From a virus: a stretch of 64,000 nt of DNA. Positions 1-8,361 of the stretch are shown here, in pieces (position 1 is the first letter of the stretch; the number at the start of each line of letters is the position of its first letter). The stretch spans positions 1 through 64,000 of IMG/VR virus record IMGVR_UViG_3300037307_000719. The stretch is one strand, 5' to 3'. A program made the translations under genes and the position numbers. Under the pieces are notes generated by a model. The model saw nothing but the letters and a program-made list of their open reading frames with translations. It searched no databases and had not been told where the DNA came from.

Positions 1-12
1 CGTTCGTCTGAT

Positions 13-621
13 TCATTTGCGCTCCCACGGTTCGGCGTATGGCAGCCCCACGAAGGCGAAGACAGCTTCCTCGCTGTCCATCGCTGTCACGGTTCCGTCG
101 GCGAGCTTGGTGTATCCGATGCCGTAGGGATTCCATCGGTAGCCGCGCCGTTGCGCTTCGGTGGCGATCCTCGTGTTGCTGTCGGCGGGGCCGGTGCGGC
201 AGACCAGATAGTTGCACCATGATTCCTCGACCGTGCGGAACAGATCGACTGGCATCCCGGAGCGGTGGACGGCGAGCTTGTTTTTGTCGCCCCATGCCGT
301 GCCGCCTGTTTTCGACGGGCGTTTCGTCAGCGTGCCATCGGCCAGCATCCGTGTTATTTCCTCATCGGCCAGGCTCACGGATTGCGTCGAGAACATATCC
401 AGCGGGCGGTCCTCCATCCGTGAGATGTAGAGGATTTCCACGTCGCCTACTTCGGCTTTCCGGCGGCGGAGACTTCCGGCCACGATTAGCTTTTCGCAGA
501 ATGGTTTCAGGCGGTCGCACAGTTCGCGGGCCACGTCGAGCGCGACGCTTCTCGGCCACTTCACTTTCGCAACAGACGAACAAGGCGCGGCTCCTAACGG
601 GGTATTACTTTCCATGGTCAT
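13..621 (-). CDS. Minimal family-X DNA polymerase / Pol-beta-like nucleotidyltransferase
   Basis: 202-aa ORF. GSLRRRKAEVGDVEILY resembles the Pol-beta palm metal site (GS-RR-x5-GD-x-D, here D-x-E). It is followed by MPVDLF (third acidic residue) and the thumb-like CRTGP..NTRIA..RGYRWNPYGI. Confidence 0.75.
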   Translation of the reverse strand: MTMESNTPLGAAPCSSVAKVKWPRSVALDVARELCDRLKPFCEKLIVAGSLRRRKAEVGDVEILYISRMEDRPLDMFSTQSVSLADEEITRMLADGTLTKRPSKTGGTAWGDKNKLAVHRSGMPVDLFRTVEESWCNYLVCRTGPADSNTRIATEAQRRGYRWNPYGIGYTKLADGTVTAMDSEEAVFAFVGLPYAEPWERK

Positions 622-982
622 TTCGTTGGCTTCCCTTTTGCTCCCGCAGGAGCGCTGTATCGTTCTGAGAATCCAAGTGCATCAGGCGGTCCATCTCCGC
701 CGCGATGAGAGCGCCAGCCTTGGCCAGATTTCGGAGCGGATCGCGGGACGGCTTCCACCACTCAACTCCCCATGGCCATTCCTTGGTTGCCTGAGATTCC
801 AGTTTTAGCTTCTCGAAGCTCTCAAGCGGAAAGGTAGTTTTGAGTCCGTGATACAGCGCATACGATGCAGCGGCATAGGCAAGTTGACCTTCCGGATGCT
901 GACTGTCATGCTCTGGTGTCCATCCCTCTGCGGTGATTTGCCGCTCACGCTCGGCGGCGATAAGTTGGATTCCTGTTTTCAT
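605..982 (-). CDS. Conserved phage protein, unknown function
   Basis: 125-aa ORF. The motif ERERQ..EGWTPEHD..H..GQL..AA.Y is recalled from other phage ORFs. It overlaps the next gene by 17 nt. Confidence 0.7.
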   Translation of the reverse strand: MKTGIQLIAAERERQITAEGWTPEHDSQHPEGQLAYAAASYALYHGLKTTFPLESFEKLKLESQATKEWPWGVEWWKPSRDPLRNLAKAGALIAAEMDRLMHLDSQNDTALLREQKGSQRNDHGK

Positions 983-1051
983 AGTCGGTGATAATTCTAG
1001 CTGATTCTCAGAACAAGGGCACTGCTGGCAACCCCTGCCAGCGGGCGAGTT

Positions 1052-1417
1052 CTATTTTGAAGCGGAGTCTTGGGGCGCTGGCTGGGTTGCCAGAGTTCTA
1101 TCGTTCAGCGGAGGAAGATCGAGCAGTAGGTCAACCAGTCGTTCGCGGCCCTTGATGCCGTTGCCATCCTTTGCAAAGAGCCACCATTTCCCGTCCTGTT
1201 TTACGATCCGCGCCCCATCCTCAAGACACGCTTCAATGTGTTCGATGGATAGCACCGCGCCACCCATGACTTCGCAGCATTCGAGGATCAGCTTGCCGTT
1301 GTCGCGTTCTTTCTGGTGCGGTGCCATGCGCGCCCGCGCCACGAAAAGACGCTGAACAAGGAGAAGAAGCCGACCCGCATCAGCGGGCAGTTCTGTTTTG
1401 AGAATCGGGAGTTTCAC
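1052..1417 (-). CDS. Hypothetical protein
   Basis: Same frame as ORF 1052..1663. The GTG at 1415-1417 overlaps the upstream TGA (GTGA coupling). Alternative ATG starts lie at 1471 and 1327. A hairpin at 1024-1042 lies downstream of the stop. Confidence 0.5.
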   Translation of the reverse strand: MKLPILKTELPADAGRLLLLVQRLFVARARMAPHQKERDNGKLILECCEVMGGAVLSIEHIEACLEDGARIVKQDGKWWLFAKDGNGIKGRERLVDLLLDLPPLNDRTLATQPAPQDSASK

Positions 1418-1707
1418 GGCGCTGATGTGGTTGGTTTTTCTTGTGCGTTCGTGGGATAAATGGTTTTCCATCGCCTGTTTGTGATCTTGCCATCTTTGGA
1501 GAAGGCTCGGTATTCGCAGTGCAGTTCTCTCCGGTCTATCATCCACGGGCCGACGCGGAGCATGAACGCTACGGACTCGCTCGAAGTTCCCGCCCATTGC
1601 TTCGGGAGATTCAGGCGTTTTTCCTCGCGGGCGACGAACCCACGAACAAGCCGTCTCACGCAACCGCTGACGCGGTTGCTGTTTGGTGGCAGTGAGTTTG
1701 ATTTCAT
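1414..1707 (-). CDS. Hypothetical protein
   Basis: Same frame as ORF 1414..1728. The ATG at 1705-1707 lies 1 nt after the upstream stop at 1709-1711. Confidence 0.55.
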   Translation of the reverse strand: MKSNSLPPNSNRVSGCVRRLVRGFVAREEKRLNLPKQWAGTSSESVAFMLRVGPWMIDRRELHCEYRAFSKDGKITNRRWKTIYPTNAQEKPTTSAP

Positions 1708-1708
1708 C

Positions 1709-2170
1709 TCAGCGGTGCGTGGACTCATGATCTTGTCCTTTCTCTCCGGGCGTCATAGCCCTAGCTCTAGCTGAAGAAACCGGAAGGCAACCCTTGGCGA
1801 TCCATTCGGCGTGTTGCTCCCGCGTGCGGCCGAGTGCAATGACCCACCAAGCCTCAGACCTGCCGTGAGAGGTGGTGCATGCGTGGATGGCGTCCCATGC
1901 CGCTTTTGCGGTCGGGTGTTCTCCCTTCTGCCGGTCGTCGAGATCGTCCCATTCGGCGGGCTTGTATTTGTTCAGGCAAGCAGGCCATTGCCAGCAATTC
2001 ATATCCACGTAGGCGGCGTTCCGTTCGGCTTCGGGCAATTTCAGAAGAACGGCCAACAAGTCTGGCATGGTGATTTCCGCCAAGTTTTTGTCATCGGCTA
2101 CGGGTTGCGGTGATTCGGGATCGGTCTGGTGTGTCATGGTTTCATGCTTCATTGCGAGGGGGCTTGTCAT
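1709..2170 (-). CDS. Hypothetical protein
   Basis: 153-aa ORF with non-repetitive composition. The start is uncertain (ATG at 2170, 2152 or 2137). Confidence 0.65.
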   Translation of the reverse strand: MTSPLAMKHETMTHQTDPESPQPVADDKNLAEITMPDLLAVLLKLPEAERNAAYVDMNCWQWPACLNKYKPAEWDDLDDRQKGEHPTAKAAWDAIHACTTSHGRSEAWWVIALGRTREQHAEWIAKGCLPVSSARARAMTPGEKGQDHESTHR

Positions 2171-2483
2171 CGATTGCGCTCTCCGTGGCTATCGATGAGT
2201 TTTCCCCATAGGGGCATCCGTTCGGAGTTTGGAGTCCGTTTAGGGCGGCTTGCATTTGCCGGATTTCGGCTTCCAGACGTTCGGCGATGCATCGGTTTTT
2301 GCGCGTTGTGCGACCGAGCGAGGCGTCGTGTTCGATTAGAAGCTCCTGCGTGTTTTCGATTCCCGCCCGGATGGCTTCTTGAGCTGCATAGATCGAGTCT
2401 TTCCGCATGGACCAGCTTTCGGGCAGATACTCCTGCGGCATCCGGCTTCCGCAGATGATATGTGTTGGATCAGGGATTGTCAT
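2142..2483 (-). CDS. Hypothetical protein
   Basis: Same frame as ORF 2142..2531. The first ATG is at 2481-2483; the longer form would start at TTG 2531. Confidence 0.6.
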   Translation of the reverse strand: MTIPDPTHIICGSRMPQEYLPESWSMRKDSIYAAQEAIRAGIENTQELLIEHDASLGRTTRKNRCIAERLEAEIRQMQAALNGLQTPNGCPYGENSSIATESAIDDKPPRNEA

Positions 2484-2520
2484 TGGGTGGATTTGTTGCG
2501 ACGGCGGACATGGTTTTGGG

Positions 2521-2835
2521 TTATCGGGCAAGGTGAGAAAGCAGTTTGGAGAGCATGGATTGGTGCATGGCCTCGGCCTGTTCTCTGGAGCCGGAGCACC
2601 GAGATTGTTCCTGATCGAGAGGGCCGCCGAAGATCATGGTTTCCCACAGGATGGGCGGACCTTCGGAGAAGTTGTGATTGATGCCGAGGAAGACGGTTGA
2701 AACCGTCGCGCCACGGACTGACGTGCCGGCGACCTTGCGGTTTGCGGATTCATACCAGACGGCCCATTTCATGAGGTCCGGTTCGGCGGTCGGTTCACCG
2801 TTTTCATTGAGGGTGTAATAACGATGAGGGCTCAT
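2521..2835 (-). CDS. Conserved small phage protein
   Basis: The real part of ORF 2521..3120 starts MSPHRYY. The ATG overlaps the methyltransferase stop (ATGA at 2832-2835). The LWETMIFGG-type motif is recalled from phage ORFs. The N-terminal Pro-rich extension is rejected. Confidence 0.75.
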   Translation of the reverse strand: MSPHRYYTLNENGEPTAEPDLMKWAVWYESANRKVAGTSVRGATVSTVFLGINHNFSEGPPILWETMIFGGPLDQEQSRCSGSREQAEAMHQSMLSKLLSHLAR

Positions 2836-4373
2836 GGGGTTAGGGCTTCGAGTTCGTCGAGCAGGGCGAGGTTGCGGGCGAAGGCCTCGGGGTGGATGGC
2901 GGTGATGTCCGGGGCGTCGGGGAGTTGGAAGTGGCGGGCGAGGTCTTCGAGGGAGCGGGTGGTATGGAGGGTTCCGGCGCGGTCGGGGTTGAAGATGAAG
3001 TGGATGGGGTTGAGGGTTGGGTGGTGGAGGGTGATGCGGAGGTCGGTGCCGCGGACAAGGATGGTTTCCTGGGAGCGTTTGCCGGCGTGGTATCTGGGGC
3101 GGGATTCCTCTTTTTTCCATTCGATGGTTTCGGTGGAGAGTTTGTATTTTTCCCCGGCTTGGAAGTGGTCGATAGTTTCGATGCAGAGGAGTTCCTCGGC
3201 GTCATCGATCCAGCCGATGCGCTGGATGGTGGAGACAGGGGAGAGCGGGGCGCGGTCTTGGTTGAAGGAGGCGAGAGCGGAATCGATGGCCTGGCGGGCG
3301 TCCGGGGAGATGGACCAGAGGCCGGAGTCGATGACTTCCTGGAGGGCGAGGCGGGTGCCGCGCTGGAGGGTGAGTTCGAGCGGGTGTTTGCGGTTGAGGG
3401 AGTGGAGGAAGGAGGAGAGGCGGGCGTCGATGGTGGAGGAGCGTTCCTGGAAGAGTGATACGTGGGTGCGGATGCGGCCGTCGGTGGCGAGGGTGACGTT
3501 GTCGCGGGAGTGGGATGGGTCGTTGCGGCGGATCATTTCGTCGCCACAGGCGTCGAAGTATCGGGAGGCGGCGGAGGCATCCCATGGCTGGGTGATGCAG
3601 CGGGCTTTGAAAAGATCGCGGCGGGCGGAGTCGAGCGCAGTGGCAAGTCGGTCTGGAGTAAGGGGGGTAATAAAGGTTTGTGTTTCGGGGCCGTTGGTGT
3701 GGTTGCCGGAAAGGTAGAGGACTCCGATGCGAAACGCCTTTTCTTGTTCGGGGCGGAAGCCGACGCCCGGGAAGAAGTTTGGGATGTCGAGCAAGAGCCA
3801 GGCGTGTTCAAAGCAGGAGGGATATTTGTTGTGAAGGAGATTGAGGGTGGAGGCATTGGCAATGAGCATGGCCTCGCCGTTGGTGCTCATAAGGTGAGGG
3901 AGCATGCGGAGGGTTGCGTGGGTGGAGTCGAGGGAGGTTTTGCCGTCGAGCCCTTGCGCAAGGGTTTCGTGGAGGAGTTTGACGGGCCAGTTGAGGGAGA
4001 AGGGAGGGTTGGCGAGGATGAGGTCGAAGCGGGTGTTGGTTTCGATGAGGAGGGGGTAGAGATCGAGCACGTCGCCGGTGAAGTGGGAGAAGATGGGATC
4101 GCAGCCGATGGGTTCCCATTGCTTGGGTTTGCCGGGGTGGGCGGCGGGATCGAGGTCGAGTGCCATGACCTCGCGGGTTTCCGGGGTAGCGACGCCGCGG
4201 AGCAGGGAGCCGTTGCCGCAGTGGAGGTCGAGCAGGGAGCGGCGGAAGGAGGGGAGAGCGGCGGCGAGGGCGCGCGCCCATGGTTCCGGGGTGAAGTATT
4301 GTTGGAGGCCTTTGGTGAGGGAGAGGGATGCGGGTGAAGTGAGGGCGGCGGGGGTGATGGATTGGCGTTTCAT
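2832..4373 (-). CDS. DNA methyltransferase, gamma-class (N6-adenine type), with large C-terminal presumed target-recognition domain
   Basis: 513 aa. AdoMet motif I is LLDLHCGNGSLL, followed by catalytic motif IV LANPPF (NPPF). A C-terminal extension of about 300 aa follows. Confidence 0.9.
   Translation of the reverse strand: MKRQSITPAALTSPASLSLTKGLQQYFTPEPWARALAAALPSFRRSLLDLHCGNGSLLRGVATPETREVMALDLDPAAHPGKPKQWEPIGCDPIFSHFTGDVLDLYPLLIETNTRFDLILANPPFSLNWPVKLLHETLAQGLDGKTSLDSTHATLRMLPHLMSTNGEAMLIANASTLNLLHNKYPSCFEHAWLLLDIPNFFPGVGFRPEQEKAFRIGVLYLSGNHTNGPETQTFITPLTPDRLATALDSARRDLFKARCITQPWDASAASRYFDACGDEMIRRNDPSHSRDNVTLATDGRIRTHVSLFQERSSTIDARLSSFLHSLNRKHPLELTLQRGTRLALQEVIDSGLWSISPDARQAIDSALASFNQDRAPLSPVSTIQRIGWIDDAEELLCIETIDHFQAGEKYKLSTETIEWKKEESRPRYHAGKRSQETILVRGTDLRITLHHPTLNPIHFIFNPDRAGTLHTTRSLEDLARHFQLPDAPDITAIHPEAFARNLALLDELEALTP
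3951..3964. repeat. Palindrome CCCTTGCGCAAGGG (14/14)
   Basis: Inside the methyltransferase gene (translated TLAQG). Confidence 0.95.
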
Positions 4374-4417
4374 GGTAAAAGCTGAAAATCTGAAATGCGA
4401 AAAAGCTGAAAAAGAGG
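4374..4417 (+). repeat. GCTGAAAN octamer array (direct)
   Basis: GGTAAAAGCTGAAAATCTGAAATGCGAAAAAGCTGAAAAAGAGG. It abuts the start codon of the methyltransferase gene (CAT 4371-4373). Confidence 0.9.
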
Positions 4418-4957
4418 TCAGATGGGAAAGGTGTGTTGCTCGGTGGAGATATGCCCGGCGGAGGCGGGTGGAATGCGGGAGGCGGGCTTGTAGTTGAGGA
4501 TTACGGTGAGGGTGGTGATGAGGCGGAGGTCGGAGGAGCAGCCGAGGTATTCGAGCAGGTCGGGGAGATTGAGGCGCCAGTACATGAGGCGGAAGGGAAG
4601 GGTGTGCATCCAGCGGCGTGCGAATTTGAATTCGTCATCGGGCAGGTCTCCCGAGCGCCAGTTTTTGATGGCGGATTGCTGGAGGTCGATGTGGAACCAG
4701 GATTTTGATTCCGGGTGGAGATAGACAAGTTCGAGGATGGGGTTGTCTGCAAAGCCGATCTTCGCGCCGTTGTTGGCGTAGAAAACGTAGGAGTTGTTGA
4801 GCCTGGGCTTGGCCCAGCGGGTGGCCATGGTGAAGCGTGGTTTGTAGTGGAGGCGTATCCACGCGAGGAAGGTTTGGTGTTCGTCAACGTCCTTGGCGGT
4901 GGACTGGCCGAGGGGAAAGTGGCGGAGGGATGGTTTGGCTGGTTTCGGCTCGTTCAT
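4418..4957 (-). CDS. Hypothetical protein
   Basis: The real part of ORF 4418..5206 starts MNEPKP. ATGA overlap with the upstream gene at 4954-4957. Confidence 0.7.
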   Translation of the reverse strand: MNEPKPAKPSLRHFPLGQSTAKDVDEHQTFLAWIRLHYKPRFTMATRWAKPRLNNSYVFYANNGAKIGFADNPILELVYLHPESKSWFHIDLQQSAIKNWRSGDLPDDEFKFARRWMHTLPFRLMYWRLNLPDLLEYLGCSSDLRLITTLTVILNYKPASRIPPASAGHISTEQHTFPI

Positions 4958-5352
4958 GGGATGTCCTCTGGGATCAAGGTGGAGAAGATGACGGAGAGCG
5001 TGGCTTGAAGGCGGAAGGCATTTTCGAGGTTGTGGCCTTCTTGTTCCCAGTTTTTCTTGAAGCGGCGGAGGGAGGCCAAATTGGGGAGAGAGTTGATGGT
5101 GTTGAGCAGGGGCTCTTGGAGAATCCTGCTTTTGGCAAAGTGGTTTTTGAGGTGGATTTCCATGTGGACGTAAGGAGTATCTTTGTACAATTGGATGAGG
5201 ATGCAATACGGCTCACAGTCGACGACGGCGTCGGACAAAGACATTAAACCGTCCTCGTGATGAGTGAGAGGCAGTTCCATTTTGTTCCACAACTCTTTGA
5301 TGCGAAGAGCGAATGTTTCCGACTCCGTGGTTGCGAAGGGGTGTTCAGACAT
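4954..5352 (-). CDS. Hypothetical protein
   Basis: 132-aa ORF with balanced composition. It is coupled to both neighbouring genes. Confidence 0.75.
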   Translation of the reverse strand: MSEHPFATTESETFALRIKELWNKMELPLTHHEDGLMSLSDAVVDCEPYCILIQLYKDTPYVHMEIHLKNHFAKSRILQEPLLNTINSLPNLASLRRFKKNWEQEGHNLENAFRLQATLSVIFSTLIPEDIP

Positions 5353-5926
5353 GGTGAAAATTGAGGCGCGGGTTGAGGCGAGAGGCGACTTTGGAGGCGA
5401 TGAATTCGCGGAACTCCTGATGGGCGGCGGCGATGGCGCGGCTCATATTGACGGGAGGGCTGGTGGAGATGCCGCAGACGCTCTCAAAGGCTTGGGCGGA
5501 GAAGCGGAATCCCCAGCGCGGGGTGAGGCGCAGATTGGAGCTGCTGGTCGGCGGGCTTTCAGCAAAGGAAACCAAGGCAAGGTGGCGGATGCCGGGCGGG
5601 GGATCGAGATTTTTGAATCCTGCGAGCAGGCGATAATTGTTGCCGTATCCGGACAAGTTAAACGGGAGCAATCCGTTAAAGCCGGGGCCGCCAAGCCACT
5701 GGCGGGAGACGGTGGCGGTGATTTCCACATCGCAGACCTTGTAAGGGGCTTCTGAAAGTTTGCGGGAAACGGTTTCCGCAAAGATGGACCAGCAGCGCGG
5801 ATGAGGGGAGAAGGCGAGGCTTTTGACGCGGGCCACGCCGCTGATCGGGCCGGAGTTGTAAACGGTGTAGGTGTCTGCCAGAGAGCGGGCGACTTTTTTG
5901 CGCTGGGATGAGGTAATGCGGCTCAT
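5345..5926 (-). CDS. Hypothetical protein
   Basis: The real part of ORF 5345..6010 starts MSRITSS (ATG 5924-5926), 2 nt after the upstream stop. Confidence 0.7.
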   Translation of the reverse strand: MSRITSSQRKKVARSLADTYTVYNSGPISGVARVKSLAFSPHPRCWSIFAETVSRKLSEAPYKVCDVEITATVSRQWLGGPGFNGLLPFNLSGYGNNYRLLAGFKNLDPPPGIRHLALVSFAESPPTSSSNLRLTPRWGFRFSAQAFESVCGISTSPPVNMSRAIAAAHQEFREFIASKVASRLNPRLNFHHV

Positions 5927-5928
5927 GA

Positions 5929-6102
5929 TCAGGGCAGCAGCTTGAGCAGGCGGACGAGGAGGTATGCGGCGACGAAAAGGGAACCGGCCAGGCAGGTGAA
6001 GCCGAGGCACCAGCGGAGCAGGCAGGCAGGCAGGCCGTGAGGGGCGGATAGTTCCGCACCGATGAAGATGAGCGGCAGGCCGGGGTAGAGGAAGTGTTTC
6101 AT
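5929..6102 (-). CDS. Small hydrophobic (membrane) protein
   Basis: 57 aa, MKHFLYPGLPLIFIGAEL...LFVAAYLLVRLL, with two hydrophobic segments. The ATG at 6100-6102 is preceded by a heptamer-repeat leader. Confidence 0.5.
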   Translation of the reverse strand: MKHFLYPGLPLIFIGAELSAPHGLPACLLRWCLGFTCLAGSLFVAAYLLVRLLKLLP

Positions 6103-6104
6103 AA

Positions 6105-6157
6105 GTGAGCCGTGAGCCGTGATCAGTGAGGAGAGGAAGAGGAAGAGGAAGAGGGGC
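6105..6157 (+). repeat. GTGA(G/T)C(C/A) heptamer array followed by (GAGGAA)n
   Basis: GTGAGCCGTGAGCCGTGATCAGTGAGGAGAGGAAGAGGAAGAGGAAGAGG. It abuts the start at 6102. Confidence 0.8.
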
Positions 6158-6323
6158 GGCACTTGCGGTGGGTTTTGACGAAGTCCTTGGTGAGAAGCTC
6201 GAATTGACGGAGCTGGAGAGGGACGGGCAGTGGAGCGGCGGCTCCGCAATGCTCGCATTTCATGCGTGGGCGGAAGGAGTCTTTGGTGGTAAAGACGAGG
6301 TGATTGGGGATGGATTCAGACAT
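6123..6323 (-). CDS. Small Cys-containing hypothetical protein
   Basis: 66 aa, MSESIPNHLVF..MKCEHCG... The ATG at 6321-6323 overlaps the end of the VWA gene by 8 nt. The rest of ORF 6123..7046 is rejected. Confidence 0.45.
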   Translation of the reverse strand: MSESIPNHLVFTTKDSFRPRMKCEHCGAAAPLPVPLQLRQFELLTKDFVKTHRKCRPSSSSSSSPH

Positions 6324-7566
6324 TGATGGGGACGTGGATGGTGGTGCCGAAGGGAGCCTTGGCCTTGGGGTGGCCGAAGTTCGCCCAGAGGACGGGGAAG
6401 TCCGGGGCTCGATCCGGGAAGCAGCCTTCGAGGTCGGTGAGGAAGATGAGGCAGGCGGGAGGCTCCGGCAGGTCATTGATGGCATGGAAGACGGGTCGGA
6501 AGTCGGTTCCGCCGCCGCCTTCGGGGACGAATTGGAGGAGTGTGTCACCGGGTTTGAATTCCTCATGCTGATGGATTGTGGTGTCACAGGAGAGGAGGTG
6601 CATGGTTTCGGGGCGGCAGAGGTCCAGCACGCCTTGGAACTCGGAAAGGATGGCTTGGACGAGCTGCGGGTAGCAGAAGATGGAGCCGGAGGTATCGAAG
6701 GCACCGACGATGGGGCCGAGAGCCTCGGATTGGAGGGACGGGAGGATGAAGCCGCGCTGGAGGAAGCGGCGGTTGGGGCGGCGGAACGAGTAATCGTCCC
6801 GGGAGAGGCGGTGGCAGAACTCGCGCACGTAGTCGGTCCAAGGGACGGTGGGCTCGGTGAGTTCCTCGACGAGGGATTTGAGCCATGCGGGGAGGTTGCC
6901 GCGGTTTTTCTGGCGTTCGACGGTGGCGGCCTGGTGGACGGCGGCCTTCCAGTCGTCTTCGAGAGAATCGGACGGTGGCGGCGGATTCCCCCCTGAATTC
7001 CCTGTGCCGTCACCGTCCTTGGGTTCTCCGTTGCCTTGACCGTCACTGGAATCGTCCGGTGAATCCGAGGGATCGGATGCTGGTTGGTCGAAGGCTCCGG
7101 GAGATTGGTAGGAAGGGGGGGGCTGGCCGCCGTTTTTCTGTTGTTGCTGTTCTTCCTGCTCCATGAGGTGGTAGATTTCCTCGGTGGAAAGGCCGGCGTA
7201 TTGCGGCTTGCAGTGGCCGTTTGGGGGCATGGTGATGCGGCCGTCGGTGGCGTGCTGGAGTTTGGAGATGATTTCCCAGGATGCCTGGTCGGCGGCGGCG
7301 TTCCAGCGTTCGAGATCGCGCGCGCCGCGGCGCCAGAGGTGGCCTTGGGCGCAGTGGATGATGTTTTCGATCATCTGGCCGGCGAGCTGTGGCTCGGTGA
7401 GTTTGGCGGCGTAGTCCGGGTTGATGCGGATGGTTTTGCCGTCCACATGGGATGCGGGAGTGGCGGGATCGAGCGAGGATTCCAGCTTGAAGGCGAGGGT
7501 GCCGAAGAAAGGCGCGTCGAGGATGAGGTTGAGGCGGGCTTTTTTGAGGCGATCGTGGAGGGACAT
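6316..7566 (-). CDS. VWA-domain protein with N-terminal DUF2201-like putative metallopeptidase region
   Basis: 416 aa. The N-terminus carries LDAPFFG and HCAQGH. An acidic Pro/Gly/Asp linker follows. The C-terminal region has a MIDAS-like DxSxS motif (GAFDTSGS). Confidence 0.85.
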   Translation of the reverse strand: MSLHDRLKKARLNLILDAPFFGTLAFKLESSLDPATPASHVDGKTIRINPDYAAKLTEPQLAGQMIENIIHCAQGHLWRRGARDLERWNAAADQASWEIISKLQHATDGRITMPPNGHCKPQYAGLSTEEIYHLMEQEEQQQQKNGGQPPPSYQSPGAFDQPASDPSDSPDDSSDGQGNGEPKDGDGTGNSGGNPPPPSDSLEDDWKAAVHQAATVERQKNRGNLPAWLKSLVEELTEPTVPWTDYVREFCHRLSRDDYSFRRPNRRFLQRGFILPSLQSEALGPIVGAFDTSGSIFCYPQLVQAILSEFQGVLDLCRPETMHLLSCDTTIHQHEEFKPGDTLLQFVPEGGGGTDFRPVFHAINDLPEPPACLIFLTDLEGCFPDRAPDFPVLWANFGHPKAKAPFGTTIHVPINV

Positions 7567-7571
7567 GGTGT

Positions 7572-7612
7572 GGTAAAAGCTAAAATGCTGAAAAGCTGAA
7601 AAGCTGAAAGGT
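7572..7612 (+). repeat. GCTGAAAN octamer array (direct)
   Basis: Lies 5 nt from the VWA gene start codon (7566). A palindrome copy follows. Confidence 0.9.
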
Positions 7613-7616
7613 GAGG

Positions 7617-7630
7617 CTCTTGCGCAAGGG
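7617..7630. repeat. Palindrome copy CTCTTGCGCAAGGG (13/14)
   Basis: Intergenic. It abuts the stop of 7631..7897. Confidence 0.9.
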
Positions 7631-7897
7631 TCAGAAGGAGATGGTGAAGGTGAAGTTCGAGATGAAGAGAGAGCCCGCCGGAGAGCCGTTCATGTGGCAG
7701 CCCGGGAAGAATTCAGTGGCCTCGGTTTTGAATGAGACATCGGAAACGGAGGCTTTGCCATTGAGGACGAGGTTCAAGTAACCAGCAATGGTAAGGACAT
7801 AGCTTTTCGGGTCCGTTTGGGATGCTCCGAGGCGATTGGCGGCGGCGATGGAGACGAGTTTTTCGCCAAAGTCGTAGGCTTCTTCAGTGGTCATCAT
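7631..7897 (-). CDS. Hypothetical protein
   Basis: 88-aa ORF between the AAA and VWA genes. Its stop is directly followed by a palindrome copy. Confidence 0.65.
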   Translation of the reverse strand: MMTTEEAYDFGEKLVSIAAANRLGASQTDPKSYVLTIAGYLNLVLNGKASVSDVSFKTEATEFFPGCHMNGSPAGSLFISNFTFTISF

Positions 7898-8258
7898 GGG
7901 AGGGATCGGGCGGGTTCCAGGCGAGGATGGCGGTGAGGGCGACGGTGTCGCGGAAGTCGAGGGAGGAGAGTTCCGGGTAGTGGGAGTTTTCGCGGTTGGC
8001 CATGGTGGTGCGCCAGACGGCGAGGCGTCCGGGGAGGTCGTAGGGGAGGAAGGCGATATTGCCGTTGAGGCAGGCGGAGGATGAGCCGAGCTGGATGGTG
8101 GGAGGCTCGGTGGCGGTGCGCAGCCCCCATGAGAGGCGGAGTTTGCCGCGAATCCAGAGGCCGCCCGGAGCGAGGTCCGGGCGGGTGTTTGGGACGCCGA
8201 GGATGGATATGGCGTGCTGGACGAAGGCGAATTCGTCGGTTTCCTCGAAGATGGTCAT
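7884..8258 (-). CDS. Hypothetical protein
   Basis: 124-aa ORF. The ATG at 8256-8258 lies just downstream (minus sense) of the inverted octamer array. Confidence 0.7.
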   Translation of the reverse strand: MTIFEETDEFAFVQHAISILGVPNTRPDLAPGGLWIRGKLRLSWGLRTATEPPTIQLGSSSACLNGNIAFLPYDLPGRLAVWRTTMANRENSHYPELSSLDFRDTVALTAILAWNPPDPSHDDH

Positions 8259-8264
8259 TGCGAA

Positions 8265-8360
8265 GGCAAAAGCTGAAATTTTGAGACGCTGAAATGCTGA
8301 AATGAAGAGGAAAAGCGCGGAGCTTTTTCAGTATTTCAGCATTTTAGTTTTTCAGCATTT
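8265..8360. repeat. Inverted pair of GCTGAAAN arrays (long hairpin)
   Basis: Left arm 8265-8310, right arm 8323-8360 (TTTCAGC units). It lies between the AAA gene stop and the next start codon. Confidence 0.85.
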
Positions 8361-8361
8361 A

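Noticed and set aside
2832-4373. The methyltransferase as part of a complete restriction-modification system with the three downstream ORFans.
   Set aside because: No nuclease motifs (PD-(D/E)xK, HNH, GIY-YIG) were recognisable by eye in 4418..5926. An orphan phage methyltransferase is the default interpretation. The question remains open pending profile searches.
6324-7046. Upstream 240 codons of ORF 6123..7046 (-), rich in Ser/Pro/Ala/Thr.
   Set aside because: This part overlaps the well-supported VWA gene in another frame. Only the last 66 codons, starting at an ATG that overlaps the VWA stop region, are plausible.
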